Shown: positions 1 through 8,845 of the stretch, one piece after another
How positions within the stretch are numbered: the stretch's first letter is position 1
Layout: the number at the start of each line of letters is the position of its first letter
From: Candidatus Poribacteria bacterium
Lineage (GTDB): Bacteria > Poribacteria > WGA-4E > WGA-3G
Length of the DNA stretch: 64,000 bases
NCBI GenBank assembly: GCA_963663765.2
Contig: CAXXUA010000005.1
Span: 544,001 to 608,000, forward strand
Reading direction: 5' to 3'
Made by a program: the position numbers and the translations under genes
Notes under the pieces: model-generated
The model's input: only the letters and a program-made list of their open reading frames with translations
Told to the model about the DNA's origin: nothing
Database searches by the model: none

Positions 1-197
1 AGATGTTTTTATGTATTTTTTGGCAATTGCATGTTTTTTATGTTGGTGAAAGTGTAACATTTTGATTTTTCAACTTTTTGGTCGTATTTTGAGTTAATAT
101 CAATCATAAGACACTCAATAATAAAGCAGATAATTTTGAACTCTATTAGGAAAAGTCAGAAATTGTCGTAAATATAGCCATTGTGATTTTAGATTAT

Positions 198-319
198 CAG
201 GACTTACGCACCCAACGGTAGGCGCGCTTTGTAAGCGCGCTGGAAACCGAAAAAATGCTGAAAATTACACCATTTTCGTCATAATTCTTCATCAAATCAT
301 GAAAACTGCGTAAGTCCTG
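198..319. mobile_element. MITE family A (~122 bp)
   Basis: Terminal inverted repeat (TIR) CAGGACTTACGCA...TGCGTAAGTCCTG; 5-bp target site duplication (TSD) ATTAT at 193-197 and 320-324; internal GTAGG-GCGCGCTT..AAGCGCGC hairpin; further copies at 2150, 33115, 58356, 58516. Confidence 0.9.
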
Positions 320-466
320 ATTATATAACAGTATAACTATAATGTCAAATAGATTAAATCTTGACAATGTGCGTTTGAGCATGGTATCCTTGAATTCTGC
401 TCGGGGGTGAAAGGATTCGACGGAGGACGAAAGCGTGGTTGCTTTCAATAACTTCCGGATGTGGGT

Positions 467-2137
467 TCAATTCCCACCACCTCCATTTGCCTTAGTAATT
501 TGATTTTCCCCAATTGCTTCCCGTGCTTCCAATACCTTTGCCACAACTGTTTTTACGTCTTCTTCATCAACAAACGGGGATAGGATATATGATTTTAGAG
601 CGACAATCGGCTCTCCGTAAGTAGTTTTACGGTAGCAATCAGTCGTTGAAATAAAAACGCCTCTCCCCTCCATCGCTTCAGAATTCACATATTGAAAGAT
701 TTCGCGGTTATAATCGTTGTGCGCTATTAAGCTGTCCCGATATTTGACATCCTCAAATTCTTGACTTTTGATTTCAAATGTGTCCACACCAACAGGATAT
801 GCGCGAAAAAGGGTAACGGTTCCAAAATTCCCTCTGTTTAACACAGTTGTACCTTCGTGTCCTTCCAAATGTTCCCGTAGAAGTTGTGTCATTTCAACGA
901 TGTGTCCGAGTATAGAACGTAATCCCTCTACTCCGAATAACTTGAGATTCGCAAGTGCTGCAAGCGGTCCTGTCCCAGAACGGGAAGTTTCAAGCGTAAA
1001 CATACCGGGACGATACTGCCCATAATGATAGAGATAAGGCATTTGTTCAGGTGTCCGTTTCAGTAACTCCATATCTGATTTTTCTTTCACAAGGACGAGA
1101 CTTGAAATATAGGGTGTGAAACCTGTTTTGTGGAAATCAATACCTACGGAATCTGCAAGACATAAATGCAGTATTCTTCTGCACGCCCCTGCTATTGCAC
1201 GGATAGTCCGTGGTCGGAAACCTAATGAATTCTGTTCAATGTCATAGTTGTTGAAAACTGACCATGCCCATCCGATAACGGCATCAGCATGGATATGCGG
1301 TTGATAATCCAATTGAAATTCATCAACGAGAATTTCCCGCAACGCAACGATACGCAATAAATTATCTAATCCGAACGCATCGGTAGTACCTAACGTAGCG
1401 ATAATAGCAGCAATCTTTTTACCTTCAGTGAGTGCTTTTCGGAGTTCTTGTTCAAGCAACTCAAGGTTAATCTCGTTTTCAAATGTTGTTGGAATAGTAA
1501 TAAGGTTGTCTGTGCCAATTCCGAGCCAACCGGTTATATTCGCAGCGCAGTAATGTCCCGCATCTGACACGAAGACAACAGCTTCATCGGGTGTACCCTT
1601 GTGCATTGTGTCCGGGCATGCTTTTTCTAACCCGATTTTCACTCCGTAGAGTGTTGTCCCTGTTCCGCCAAAAGTGAATACACCACTCGATTTTTCAGGA
1701 TCGTATCCGATCAATTGTGATGCCATCGCTATGACTTCAACTTCAGCCAATGCCACTAATCGACTGGATTCGTCCCAACATAGGTTCGGATTGTGTAGTG
1801 AAGCAAGGAGTACTCCCATTAAGCTTGGAATTGTTGTGGGACAAACCACGTTCTGTTGCGTGCGAGGATGTCCAAAAATTGTCATTCCTTGAAGGTAACT
1901 CACAAGATCGGTCGTGACCTCCTCAACTGAGGAAACGGAATCCGGCAACTGTGTTTTTCTTGCTGCTTCAAAATCAGCGTTTACAATGCTACCCAGAAAT
2001 GGTAGGTGTGTTTTGAGATCGTCAACCTGATCTAAGGCGCGCATCATGGAATGTATAAAGTATGAATCATGTATGGTATTGGATATTGGCTGGGGAAAGG
2101 CAAGTCTTATTTTTTCTAAAATGGTACGGTATGTCAT
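467..2137 (-). CDS. Group II PLP-dependent decarboxylase (glutamate/DOPA decarboxylase family)
   Basis: 556 aa; GVFTFGGT, HIHADA and DFHK (PLP lysine) motifs. Confidence 0.85.
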   Translation of the reverse strand: MTYRTILEKIRLAFPQPISNTIHDSYFIHSMMRALDQVDDLKTHLPFLGSIVNADFEAARKTQLPDSVSSVEEVTTDLVSYLQGMTIFGHPRTQQNVVCPTTIPSLMGVLLASLHNPNLCWDESSRLVALAEVEVIAMASQLIGYDPEKSSGVFTFGGTGTTLYGVKIGLEKACPDTMHKGTPDEAVVFVSDAGHYCAANITGWLGIGTDNLITIPTTFENEINLELLEQELRKALTEGKKIAAIIATLGTTDAFGLDNLLRIVALREILVDEFQLDYQPHIHADAVIGWAWSVFNNYDIEQNSLGFRPRTIRAIAGACRRILHLCLADSVGIDFHKTGFTPYISSLVLVKEKSDMELLKRTPEQMPYLYHYGQYRPGMFTLETSRSGTGPLAALANLKLFGVEGLRSILGHIVEMTQLLREHLEGHEGTTVLNRGNFGTVTLFRAYPVGVDTFEIKSQEFEDVKYRDSLIAHNDYNREIFQYVNSEAMEGRGVFISTTDCYRKTTYGEPIVALKSYILSPFVDEEDVKTVVAKVLEAREAIGENQITKANGGGGN

Positions 2138-2149
2138 TTTTACCTTATA

Positions 2150-2343
2150 CAGAACTTACGCAAAAAAGGTAGGCGGTGAATGCCTAAATGGCATTCATAC
2201 CCGGGGAATGCCTAAATGGCATTCATACCGTTGATTTCTTGATTTGGTGCTTTGTAAGCGCGCTGAAAACCCATAAAAACGCTGACAATTGCATCATTTT
2301 CATCATAATTCTTGATTATATCAAGAAAACTGCGTAAGTCCTG
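2150..2343. mobile_element. MITE family A copy expanded by an inserted GAATGCC-hairpin module
   Basis: CAGAACTTACGCA...TGCGTAAGTCCTG ends; two GAATGCCTAAATGGCATTCATACC units inserted just after GTAGG relative to the 198-319 copy. Confidence 0.85.
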
Positions 2344-2352
2344 CCTTAAATT

Positions 2353-2403
2353 AACATGTATAGTTTTTGTGAATTTCTATACATGTCATGGAATATATGT
2401 ATA
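2353..2403. repeat. Degenerate copy of the fic-associated 26-bp palindrome
   Basis: AACATGTATA, 15-nt spacer, then TATACATGTCATGGAATATATGTATA; same unit length and long spacer as the array at 5032-5201. Confidence 0.65.
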
Positions 2404-2600
2404 TTTTTTGTACCTGACATACTCCCCAAGCTAAAGCATGGGGGTTCTTAGTTCTTATATTGGAAACGGTTTGAGTTGTTTCCAAACGACTTTTCCTGCT
2501 TCCGTGTCTCGTGCCCTTTCCTGAACAGCGTTGGGTCTTATTTGCACTCCACAGGCGTGACTTTCGGTGTGTCCCACCGTAGTTGGTTTCAAGTTTATTG
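2395..2600 (-). ncRNA. Predicted omegaRNA of the first TnpB element
   Basis: TnpB omegaRNAs are known to overlap the tnpB 3' end and right end, with the guide taken from the flank; the segment is conserved in the orphan copy at 50908-50969; boundaries approximate. Confidence 0.55.
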
Positions 2601-3835
2601 CAGCGTTGACATCTCTATCTATAGACATATCACATTGACTGCAGTGATACATTCTTTCTGAAAGTGTTAGGTCTTTCTTTTTGTGTCCACAACCGGAACA
2701 GGTTTTACTACTTGCAAAGAACATATCTGCTTCTTTGACAGGTATACCGCGCACTTCCGCTTTTGTCTTGAGTTTTAGCAGGAAACCGCCTAATGCTGTA
2801 TCTGACAATGCTTTTGCGAGGTTTCTGTTCTTCAGCATATTAGTAACCTTGAGTGTCTCAATACCGATCGCAGATGTGAGGTTGACAATCTCTGTAGTTG
2901 CTTTATGATGAGCATCGTTTCGGATACAAGCGATACGATAGTAGATACGTTCTAACTTGTGTTTTTGTTTGAACCAGTTGTTAGACTTGAAAACTTTTCT
3001 ACTTAATCTACGTTGTTCTCTTGCTAACTTCTTTTCATATCGTTTCAGGGGTCTTGGATTATCATATTTCGTGCCATCACTCAATGTGGCAAGTGTGTTT
3101 ATGCCTACATCTATACCAATCACAGGGTGCGTTGAGTTATCAACTGCTTCGGTGTCCTCTGTTTCTATGGTGATAGATACAAACCAACGATGTGCTGTCC
3201 TTGAGATCGTCACTTTCATAATCTTACCCACAAAACGCAATGATTCAAACATGCTAATCCAACCAATCTTAGGAAGTTTGATACGCTTACCTTCAACTTC
3301 TACAGATTGATTATTTGTGGTGAATGCGTCCTTTTTGCCACGCTTCTTGAACTTCGGAAATCTCGCACGCTTACCAACCCAATTCGCAAGCGCAGCAGAC
3401 AAGTTACCAAATATGCTTTTATTGGCTACAACCTGATCCATATCTTTAGTCCAAGCATGTGCTTTCTTAGCAATATTAAATCGAGTGTTTAACTTCGCAG
3501 CGGATAAGAACTCATCATTTGCCAATGCAGACTTGAAATCTGCTAATGCATGATTATATGCAAATCTCGCATAGCCACACTGTTGTGCAAACCATTTTCG
3601 TTGATTGTTATTTGGATTCAATGCAATCTTATGTGTTTTTAGCATGATCATATTCCAGTCCTATGAAGACGTCAGTTCCCTCTACTAAAGGTGTGTAGGT
3701 GTTAGTAGCACCTACACTGAACTGGTATAATGAGTATCTCATGTTTTAAACCAAAAATCAAGTTTTTTCTTGACACAAGCACTTAGCACGACTACATCCC
3801 ACTACCTAAAGGTAGGGGTTTTGTCGTGATTCTTG
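2415..3835 (-). mobile_element. IS200/IS605-family element with tnpB only (IS1341-like, non-autonomous)
   Basis: Subterminal hairpins at ~2424-2444 (right end) and ~3798-3818 (left end); no tnpA inside; exact ends uncertain by a few nt. Confidence 0.8.
2455..3651 (-). CDS. tnpB: RNA-guided endonuclease TnpB
   Basis: N-terminal OrfB HTH; RuvC triad GIDVG / IETL / DRDVNAAIN intact; CxxC..CxxC zinc ribbon. Confidence 0.95.
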   Translation of the reverse strand: MIMLKTHKIALNPNNNQRKWFAQQCGYARFAYNHALADFKSALANDEFLSAAKLNTRFNIAKKAHAWTKDMDQVVANKSIFGNLSAALANWVGKRARFPKFKKRGKKDAFTTNNQSVEVEGKRIKLPKIGWISMFESLRFVGKIMKVTISRTAHRWFVSITIETEDTEAVDNSTHPVIGIDVGINTLATLSDGTKYDNPRPLKRYEKKLAREQRRLSRKVFKSNNWFKQKHKLERIYYRIACIRNDAHHKATTEIVNLTSAIGIETLKVTNMLKNRNLAKALSDTALGGFLLKLKTKAEVRGIPVKEADMFFASSKTCSGCGHKKKDLTLSERMYHCSQCDMSIDRDVNAAINLKPTTVGHTESHACGVQIRPNAVQERARDTEAGKVVWKQLKPFPI

Positions 3836-3891
3836 ATAATAGGATTAAGGGTGTTTTCTTTTGGTAACACCTTACGAATCAAAATATGTGT

Positions 3892-4986
3892 CTACACATT
3901 TGAGAGCAAGTTCATAAGATTACTATTGATATAATAATATTCTCGTCCGATTTTCTGTCGTTCAAGCAATCCAAATCCTGTTATTTCGTTCAGGTATTTT
4001 GTCGCTGTAATGCGACTACACTGTAGTTCTGCTTCAACAATATTAATCTTGCAGTAAGGCCACTTGAAGAGTAGATCTACAAAACCTTCTCGTTCAATCG
4101 CTTTTGTTTTACCTTGTGCTTGTGTGATTACGTTGTCAATAAGTGTATTAATAGTTTCTATCGTGTCTGCGGTTTCTCGTGAAGTTTGTTCCACTGCTTG
4201 CAAAACGTAAAGTATCCACTGTTCCCATTTTCCTTCTTCTGTTACCTCACGGAGATAACGATAGTACTCTGAACGATTTTGGATAAAGAAACGACTGAGA
4301 TAGAGTATTGGAACATCAAGCAATCCCTGCTGCATCAGATATAGGATATTGAGTATACGTCCTGTCCGTCCGTTTCCATCCGAGAAAGGATGTATTGCTT
4401 CAAATTGATAATGCATGATAGCCATTTTAACAAGCGGTTGCAACCCATTGTCCTCGTTGATGAAGGGCTCAAGGTTGGTTAACAACCTAATGATATTTTC
4501 GTTTCCGGTTGGTGGTGTGTAGATGATCTCACTTGTGGTTGCGTTTTTGATTTTCACTTCATGCCTCCGGACATTCGTCTGAATGTCACGGATACGCGAA
4601 CATATTTGTTCAAGGAGTGGTGTATTGATAATACCACGGTTGCGCATACTATCCATGCCTGTCCATAAAGCCTCCCGGTACCGCAATACCTCTTTGGTAT
4701 GAGGGGAAGTTTGAATCTTATCAGAGGTCATAGCTCGGTACAGTTCATCATTTGTGGTGACGATGTTTTCGATTTCTGAACTCCTACGCGCCTCCTGAAG
4801 TGGTAATGTATGGACCAAAACTGATTCGTTTGGTAGTGTTCTTACCAAAGCATTTGCTTTTGCAAGCTCAGTCATTGAAGATATACATGCCTTAAGTATA
4901 TTACGTGATTCAAGTTCCGCTACGGGTGGAAGTAATGGAATGCCGTTCCACGGAATATCTCGATCAAACTGAACCTTTATTGTCAT
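3892..4986 (-). CDS. fic: Fic family AMPylase (class II-like) with probable C-terminal winged HTH
   Basis: HPFSDGNGRTGR Fic motif; N-terminal inhibitory SSEIEN motif; C-terminal CSRITATKYLNEI HTH-like segment. Confidence 0.9.
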   Translation of the reverse strand: MTIKVQFDRDIPWNGIPLLPPVAELESRNILKACISSMTELAKANALVRTLPNESVLVHTLPLQEARRSSEIENIVTTNDELYRAMTSDKIQTSPHTKEVLRYREALWTGMDSMRNRGIINTPLLEQICSRIRDIQTNVRRHEVKIKNATTSEIIYTPPTGNENIIRLLTNLEPFINEDNGLQPLVKMAIMHYQFEAIHPFSDGNGRTGRILNILYLMQQGLLDVPILYLSRFFIQNRSEYYRYLREVTEEGKWEQWILYVLQAVEQTSRETADTIETINTLIDNVITQAQGKTKAIEREGFVDLLFKWPYCKINIVEAELQCSRITATKYLNEITGFGLLERQKIGREYYYINSNLMNLLSNV

Positions 4987-5008
4987 ATTCCACTGCCTTG
5001 ATAACTAA

Positions 5009-5235
5009 TATGTATACTTTTTGCGGTTTTTTATACATATCATAACCGATATGTATACTTTTTATACATATCATAACCGATATGTATACTTTTTCGCATT
5101 TTTTATACATATCATAACCGATATGTATATTTTCTATACATATCATAACCGATATGTATACTTTTTCGCATTTTTTATCCATATCATGGACAACATGTAT
5201 ATTTTCTATAACAACATGTATATTTTCTATATATG
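5009..5235. repeat. Array of 26-bp palindromes upstream of fic
   Basis: TATACATATC-ATAACC-GATATGTATA perfect at 5032, 5063, 5104, 5135, degenerate at 5176; alternating 31/41-bp period. Confidence 0.9.
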
Positions 5236-5316
5236 TTGAGCTTAGACGTGTTCATCTTTCAATTATCTGTTACACCAAATTACACGGTATTTGACGAAAA
5301 GTAATCCCACGATCCT

Positions 5317-5455
5317 TTATAGTGGATTTTAGAATTATTTTTACACTTTCAGGTGTAGGAGGGAACTCCGATTCCCGACTATCAAGGCGTTCAGTCGCGA
5401 TTCGGAGATCGCTCCTACAGAAGAGGTGTAAACTTAATTGTATATTTCACTATAA
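5317..5455. mobile_element. MITE (TTATAGTG ends) carrying a GTAG-REP doublet
   Basis: TTATAGTGG...TCACTATAA ends; GTAGGAGGGAACTCCGATTCCCGA / TCGCGATTCGGAGATCGCTCCTAC; inverted copy at 61694-61865. Confidence 0.85.
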
Positions 5456-5542
5456 CAACCCACTGCTAAGTTGCGTGCGCCGCAATGTATAATTCTCCTA
5501 CCTTCATGATACGGCAAACGGTTGATGAGTTCATCGTTAAGG

Positions 5543-5625
5543 ACTTCGTCTTTAACGAGTAGCGCGACAATATCAAAAAGACCTGGTCCGAAAAAAGTCC
5601 CGTTAGTGAGATCCGCAACACCTGC
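5543..5625 (-). pseudogene. Diverged duplicate of the gltX 3' end
   Basis: Aligns with 8883-8966; reads QVLRISLTG/FFGPGLFDIVALLVKDEVL versus [29 protein letters not shown], with a 1-nt deletion. Confidence 0.8.
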
Positions 5626-5745
5626 CTTGCCGTAACTAGCTAGTGTGGATCAATAGTCAGAGTCATAGTACCCACTGCCTAAAGGCAGGGGCTTGTGTTT
5701 CCTTGCGGACAGCCGATCTAAGCTACGTCTTACGTCTGCTCCACT

Positions 5746-6858
5746 TTAGGCAGCTAAGCCTGCCTGTTTGATATTTATTGCGGCGTTTATGTCTCTATCG
5801 TGTTCGGTTTTGCACGTAGGACATGTCCAGTGTCTATCTGCAAGTGTTAGATTGCCGTTTTTGCGTCCACAGCTGCTACAAGGTTTTGTTGTGGAATCCC
5901 ATTGCCTAATTTGAACAAGTTTTTTATCATGTTTTGCACACTTGAATTCCAACAATTGAACAAACTGATAGAAAGCGAGATCACTCACTTTTCGTCCCCA
6001 GAGGCGTTTCATGCCGTCTATATTGAGGGTTTCAAAGCACAAGGTATCAAAATGTCTGCAAAGGTCTGTAGCAAGTTTCCATTGCCAATCTAACCTCTGT
6101 CTTGATACTTTCCTATATTCTCTTGACAATGCACGCTTAGCACCATACCAGTTATTAGAACCCTTGACTTTTCTACTAAAAGACTTGTTCAAAGTTCGCA
6201 ACTTATTCAGTGATTGTTTCAGATATTGTGGTGATTGTATTTTGTTTCCATCTGAGCTTGTGAGATATGTTTTCAATCCGAAATCAAAGCCAGCACTTTC
6301 ACCTGTCTTTGCTATGGGTTTCGGTGTGTCAACATTATCACAGGAAAAACATATCCAGTAATCGCCACACTTGTCACGCTTGATAGTAATTGTTTTGATA
6401 TCACCTGTTATTTCACGATGTTTATGAAAGGAAAACCACGTATCTATACAGTTGATCTTGATACGGTTCCCTTCAAGTTTATAACCTGCCTGTGTAAAGG
6501 TCATAGAGTTGTATTTGTGTTGGGGTTTGATTTTCGGTCTACCTACTTTGCGCGTTGTTTTGTCTGATACTCGTTCTTTGATATTCCGAAAGAACGCATC
6601 ATACGCTTTGCCCATACGCAGCACAACGTCTTGCACAACTTGACTCGGTAAGTCTGCCCAATGAGGCTTTGTTCGCTTTTTCAACTTCGCAACATGAGCA
6701 TTCATTCTATAGGCAGATATGTTTTTGCCATACATACGGTAATATCTACGCTGCAACCGCATAATATGCACATGAATCTGGTGCATATCGTCAAGCATAT
6801 TGCCTAACTTGATTGTGTTCTTTTGATTTTGTAGCTTGTATTTATAGGTCTTTTTCAT
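5746..6858 (-). CDS. tnpB: RNA-guided endonuclease TnpB
   Basis: GFDFG / FETL / HDRDINAAIN RuvC triad; zinc ribbon. Confidence 0.95.
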   Translation of the reverse strand: MKKTYKYKLQNQKNTIKLGNMLDDMHQIHVHIMRLQRRYYRMYGKNISAYRMNAHVAKLKKRTKPHWADLPSQVVQDVVLRMGKAYDAFFRNIKERVSDKTTRKVGRPKIKPQHKYNSMTFTQAGYKLEGNRIKINCIDTWFSFHKHREITGDIKTITIKRDKCGDYWICFSCDNVDTPKPIAKTGESAGFDFGLKTYLTSSDGNKIQSPQYLKQSLNKLRTLNKSFSRKVKGSNNWYGAKRALSREYRKVSRQRLDWQWKLATDLCRHFDTLCFETLNIDGMKRLWGRKVSDLAFYQFVQLLEFKCAKHDKKLVQIRQWDSTTKPCSSCGRKNGNLTLADRHWTCPTCKTEHDRDINAAINIKQAGLAA

Positions 6859-7274
6859 TGTCCGCTTTGACTTTCAATATAGTCTTTTATAACTTCAAGG
6901 GTTACACCACCACAAGAACTAACGAATTTTGAACGTGTCCATAAAGACGGCAAGCGACTTTTCAAACTCGGATATTCTTCACGTAGAACTTTTGACGTAT
7001 AAGCTTTGATTTTACCGATAACTTTATCAATAGAATCTGTTGGGGGTATTTCTATCAGTAAATGGACATGTTCAAGGTGCGTTTCAACTTCCCTGATATG
7101 ATACCTATATTCGTCCTGTTTTTCTTGTATAAGTTGTTTGAGTCTGCCTTGTATCTGTGCATCTAAAACTTTACGACGATACTTGGTACACCAAATTACG
7201 TGATATTGACAACTATAGATTGTCTTATTTGTTGTTCTATAATCACGTCTTTTATTTGATATTTTGAGTGGCAT
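6855..7274 (-). CDS. tnpA: IS200/IS605 Y1 HUH transposase
   Basis: YHVIWCTKYRR, HVH motif and C-terminal YIESQ; start may be 7274 or 7307. Confidence 0.95.
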   Translation of the reverse strand: MPLKISNKRRDYRTTNKTIYSCQYHVIWCTKYRRKVLDAQIQGRLKQLIQEKQDEYRYHIREVETHLEHVHLLIEIPPTDSIDKVIGKIKAYTSKVLREEYPSLKSRLPSLWTRSKFVSSCGGVTLEVIKDYIESQSGQ

Positions 7275-7433
7275 AATATATAACCTTATTATATTAGTGT
7301 ATAGCATATTAAATCATATATTGATTAGATTGTCAAATATATTTTAGGTTAGTATATTAGCCATCTACATCCCACAAGCTAAAGCATGGGGATTTGACGG
7401 AATAGTGTTAACATCTCTTCCACAGGATAAGTT

Positions 7434-8600
7434 TTACTTGTCAACATTGAGATTCCACAAAAGCACTTTACCGTCCCATCCCGCACTTGCCAACATTGTT
7501 CCATTCGGACAGAATGCTACGCTATTGACACCATTCGTATGCCCAGTAAGTGTTTGTTTATGTTCATCTGTTTTAGTATCCCACAAACGGATAATACCGT
7601 CTAAATCCGCACTTGCAAGTATCTGCCCAATTGGACTGAAGACTATATCATAGACAGTATTATCATGTCCGTTAAGTGATCGTTTATGTTCAACTTTTTT
7701 TGGATTCCATAGTTGAATAGTTTTATCGGTTCCACCAACCGCCAACATTTTATTATCCGGACTGAAAGCAATTCTATAAGCGAATCTCTGTTTTGTGTCG
7801 ATTTTCTGTTTATATATACCTGACTTATTATTGCACAAAAAGATGTTGTGACCTCCGCTAATCGCAAGTATTTTGCCATTAGAACTGAATGTCAAGTCAA
7901 ACACAGAAAACGGGATTCTGAACCTACAAAGATCTGCTGATAGTTTACCAAATCCGAAAATACTATTCCGCAAACGGGACGGTATACTCCGGTAAGGTTC
8001 ACATTCTGTAATACTCCGTTTATGTTTACCCGTCTTAGCATCCCACAGATCGATAATGTAGAACCCATAGATATTTCTGAGTTCACTCAAACTGGCGAGT
8101 GTCTTTCCATTAGGATTGAACACAATACTTTTAACATAAAGTTCTCTTTTGTAAGTTTTTTTCTGTTTTTCCCATGTTGGTGTTGTGAGGGTTTTTTGTT
8201 TTTCCCAAGTTAATGTATTCCACAACTGGATATTCTGTCCATTTGCATAAGCAAACGTCTTGCCATCAGGACTAAACGCTACACTACCAATGTTTTTATC
8301 TTTTGTTGTGAGAGTGAATGGTTCTTGATAGGTTTGCGTTTCATAGCGCAGAATACCCATACGACCTGCCACTATCAGATAATTGCCATCCGGAGAATAT
8401 ACTACATTCAGTCCCACATTTTCAAGTGGACGGTATTCTCTGTAAGGCTCATGTACATTTAAAGTTCTGTAAAATGCAGCCTTTGATATGTTGTTAGTTG
8501 TTGTATCGTCTTTAGACTTAATCGCACAAGCGGCACAGACTAATATCGGTAATAGGATACAGGTGAGTATCCATTTGTAATTCAGAATGTAACGCACCAT
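7434..8600 (-). CDS. WD40-repeat (lipo)protein
   Basis: Hydrophobic N-terminus with Cys; repeated FSPDG..LA...D..I.LW. Confidence 0.85.
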   Translation of the reverse strand: MVRYILNYKWILTCILLPILVCAACAIKSKDDTTTNNISKAAFYRTLNVHEPYREYRPLENVGLNVVYSPDGNYLIVAGRMGILRYETQTYQEPFTLTTKDKNIGSVAFSPDGKTFAYANGQNIQLWNTLTWEKQKTLTTPTWEKQKKTYKRELYVKSIVFNPNGKTLASLSELRNIYGFYIIDLWDAKTGKHKRSITECEPYRSIPSRLRNSIFGFGKLSADLCRFRIPFSVFDLTFSSNGKILAISGGHNIFLCNNKSGIYKQKIDTKQRFAYRIAFSPDNKMLAVGGTDKTIQLWNPKKVEHKRSLNGHDNTVYDIVFSPIGQILASADLDGIIRLWDTKTDEHKQTLTGHTNGVNSVAFCPNGTMLASAGWDGKVLLWNLNVDK

Positions 8601-8845
8601 CTTTAGTCTCCTTGTGTGAATATGGGAGAGTTAATGTGAAGGAATTCACATTGAAGTGTCTTCTATTGATGACTATTGCTGAGATGTCTAATCTGTCTTT
8701 TCAAGATTGACTCTTGGTTTTTTCTTTGTATAGTATACCATGAAATGTTGGAATATTCAGAATTAAAATATGCTATTGAATACAACATATTCTTATACAA
8801 ATAATAGTTGGAATATGGTTTTTTCTACACGAAATGAATACGTTT

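Larger units (their letters stand above)
5662..7407 (-). mobile_element. IS605-type element, tnpA-tnpB
   Basis: Hairpins at 5671-5691 (right end) and 7371-7391 (left end) flank overlapping tnpA and tnpB. Confidence 0.9.

Noticed and set aside
5032-5201. CRISPR array; ORFs 4964-5182 and 5021-5239
   Set aside because: Spacers are only 5 or 15 nt and repeat; the ORFs are translations of the repeat
2455-6858. Nuclease-dead TnpB (TldR or dCas12f-sigmaE type system)
   Set aside because: Both TnpBs keep the RuvC D-E-D triad, retain transposon ends and are not adjacent to the sigma genes
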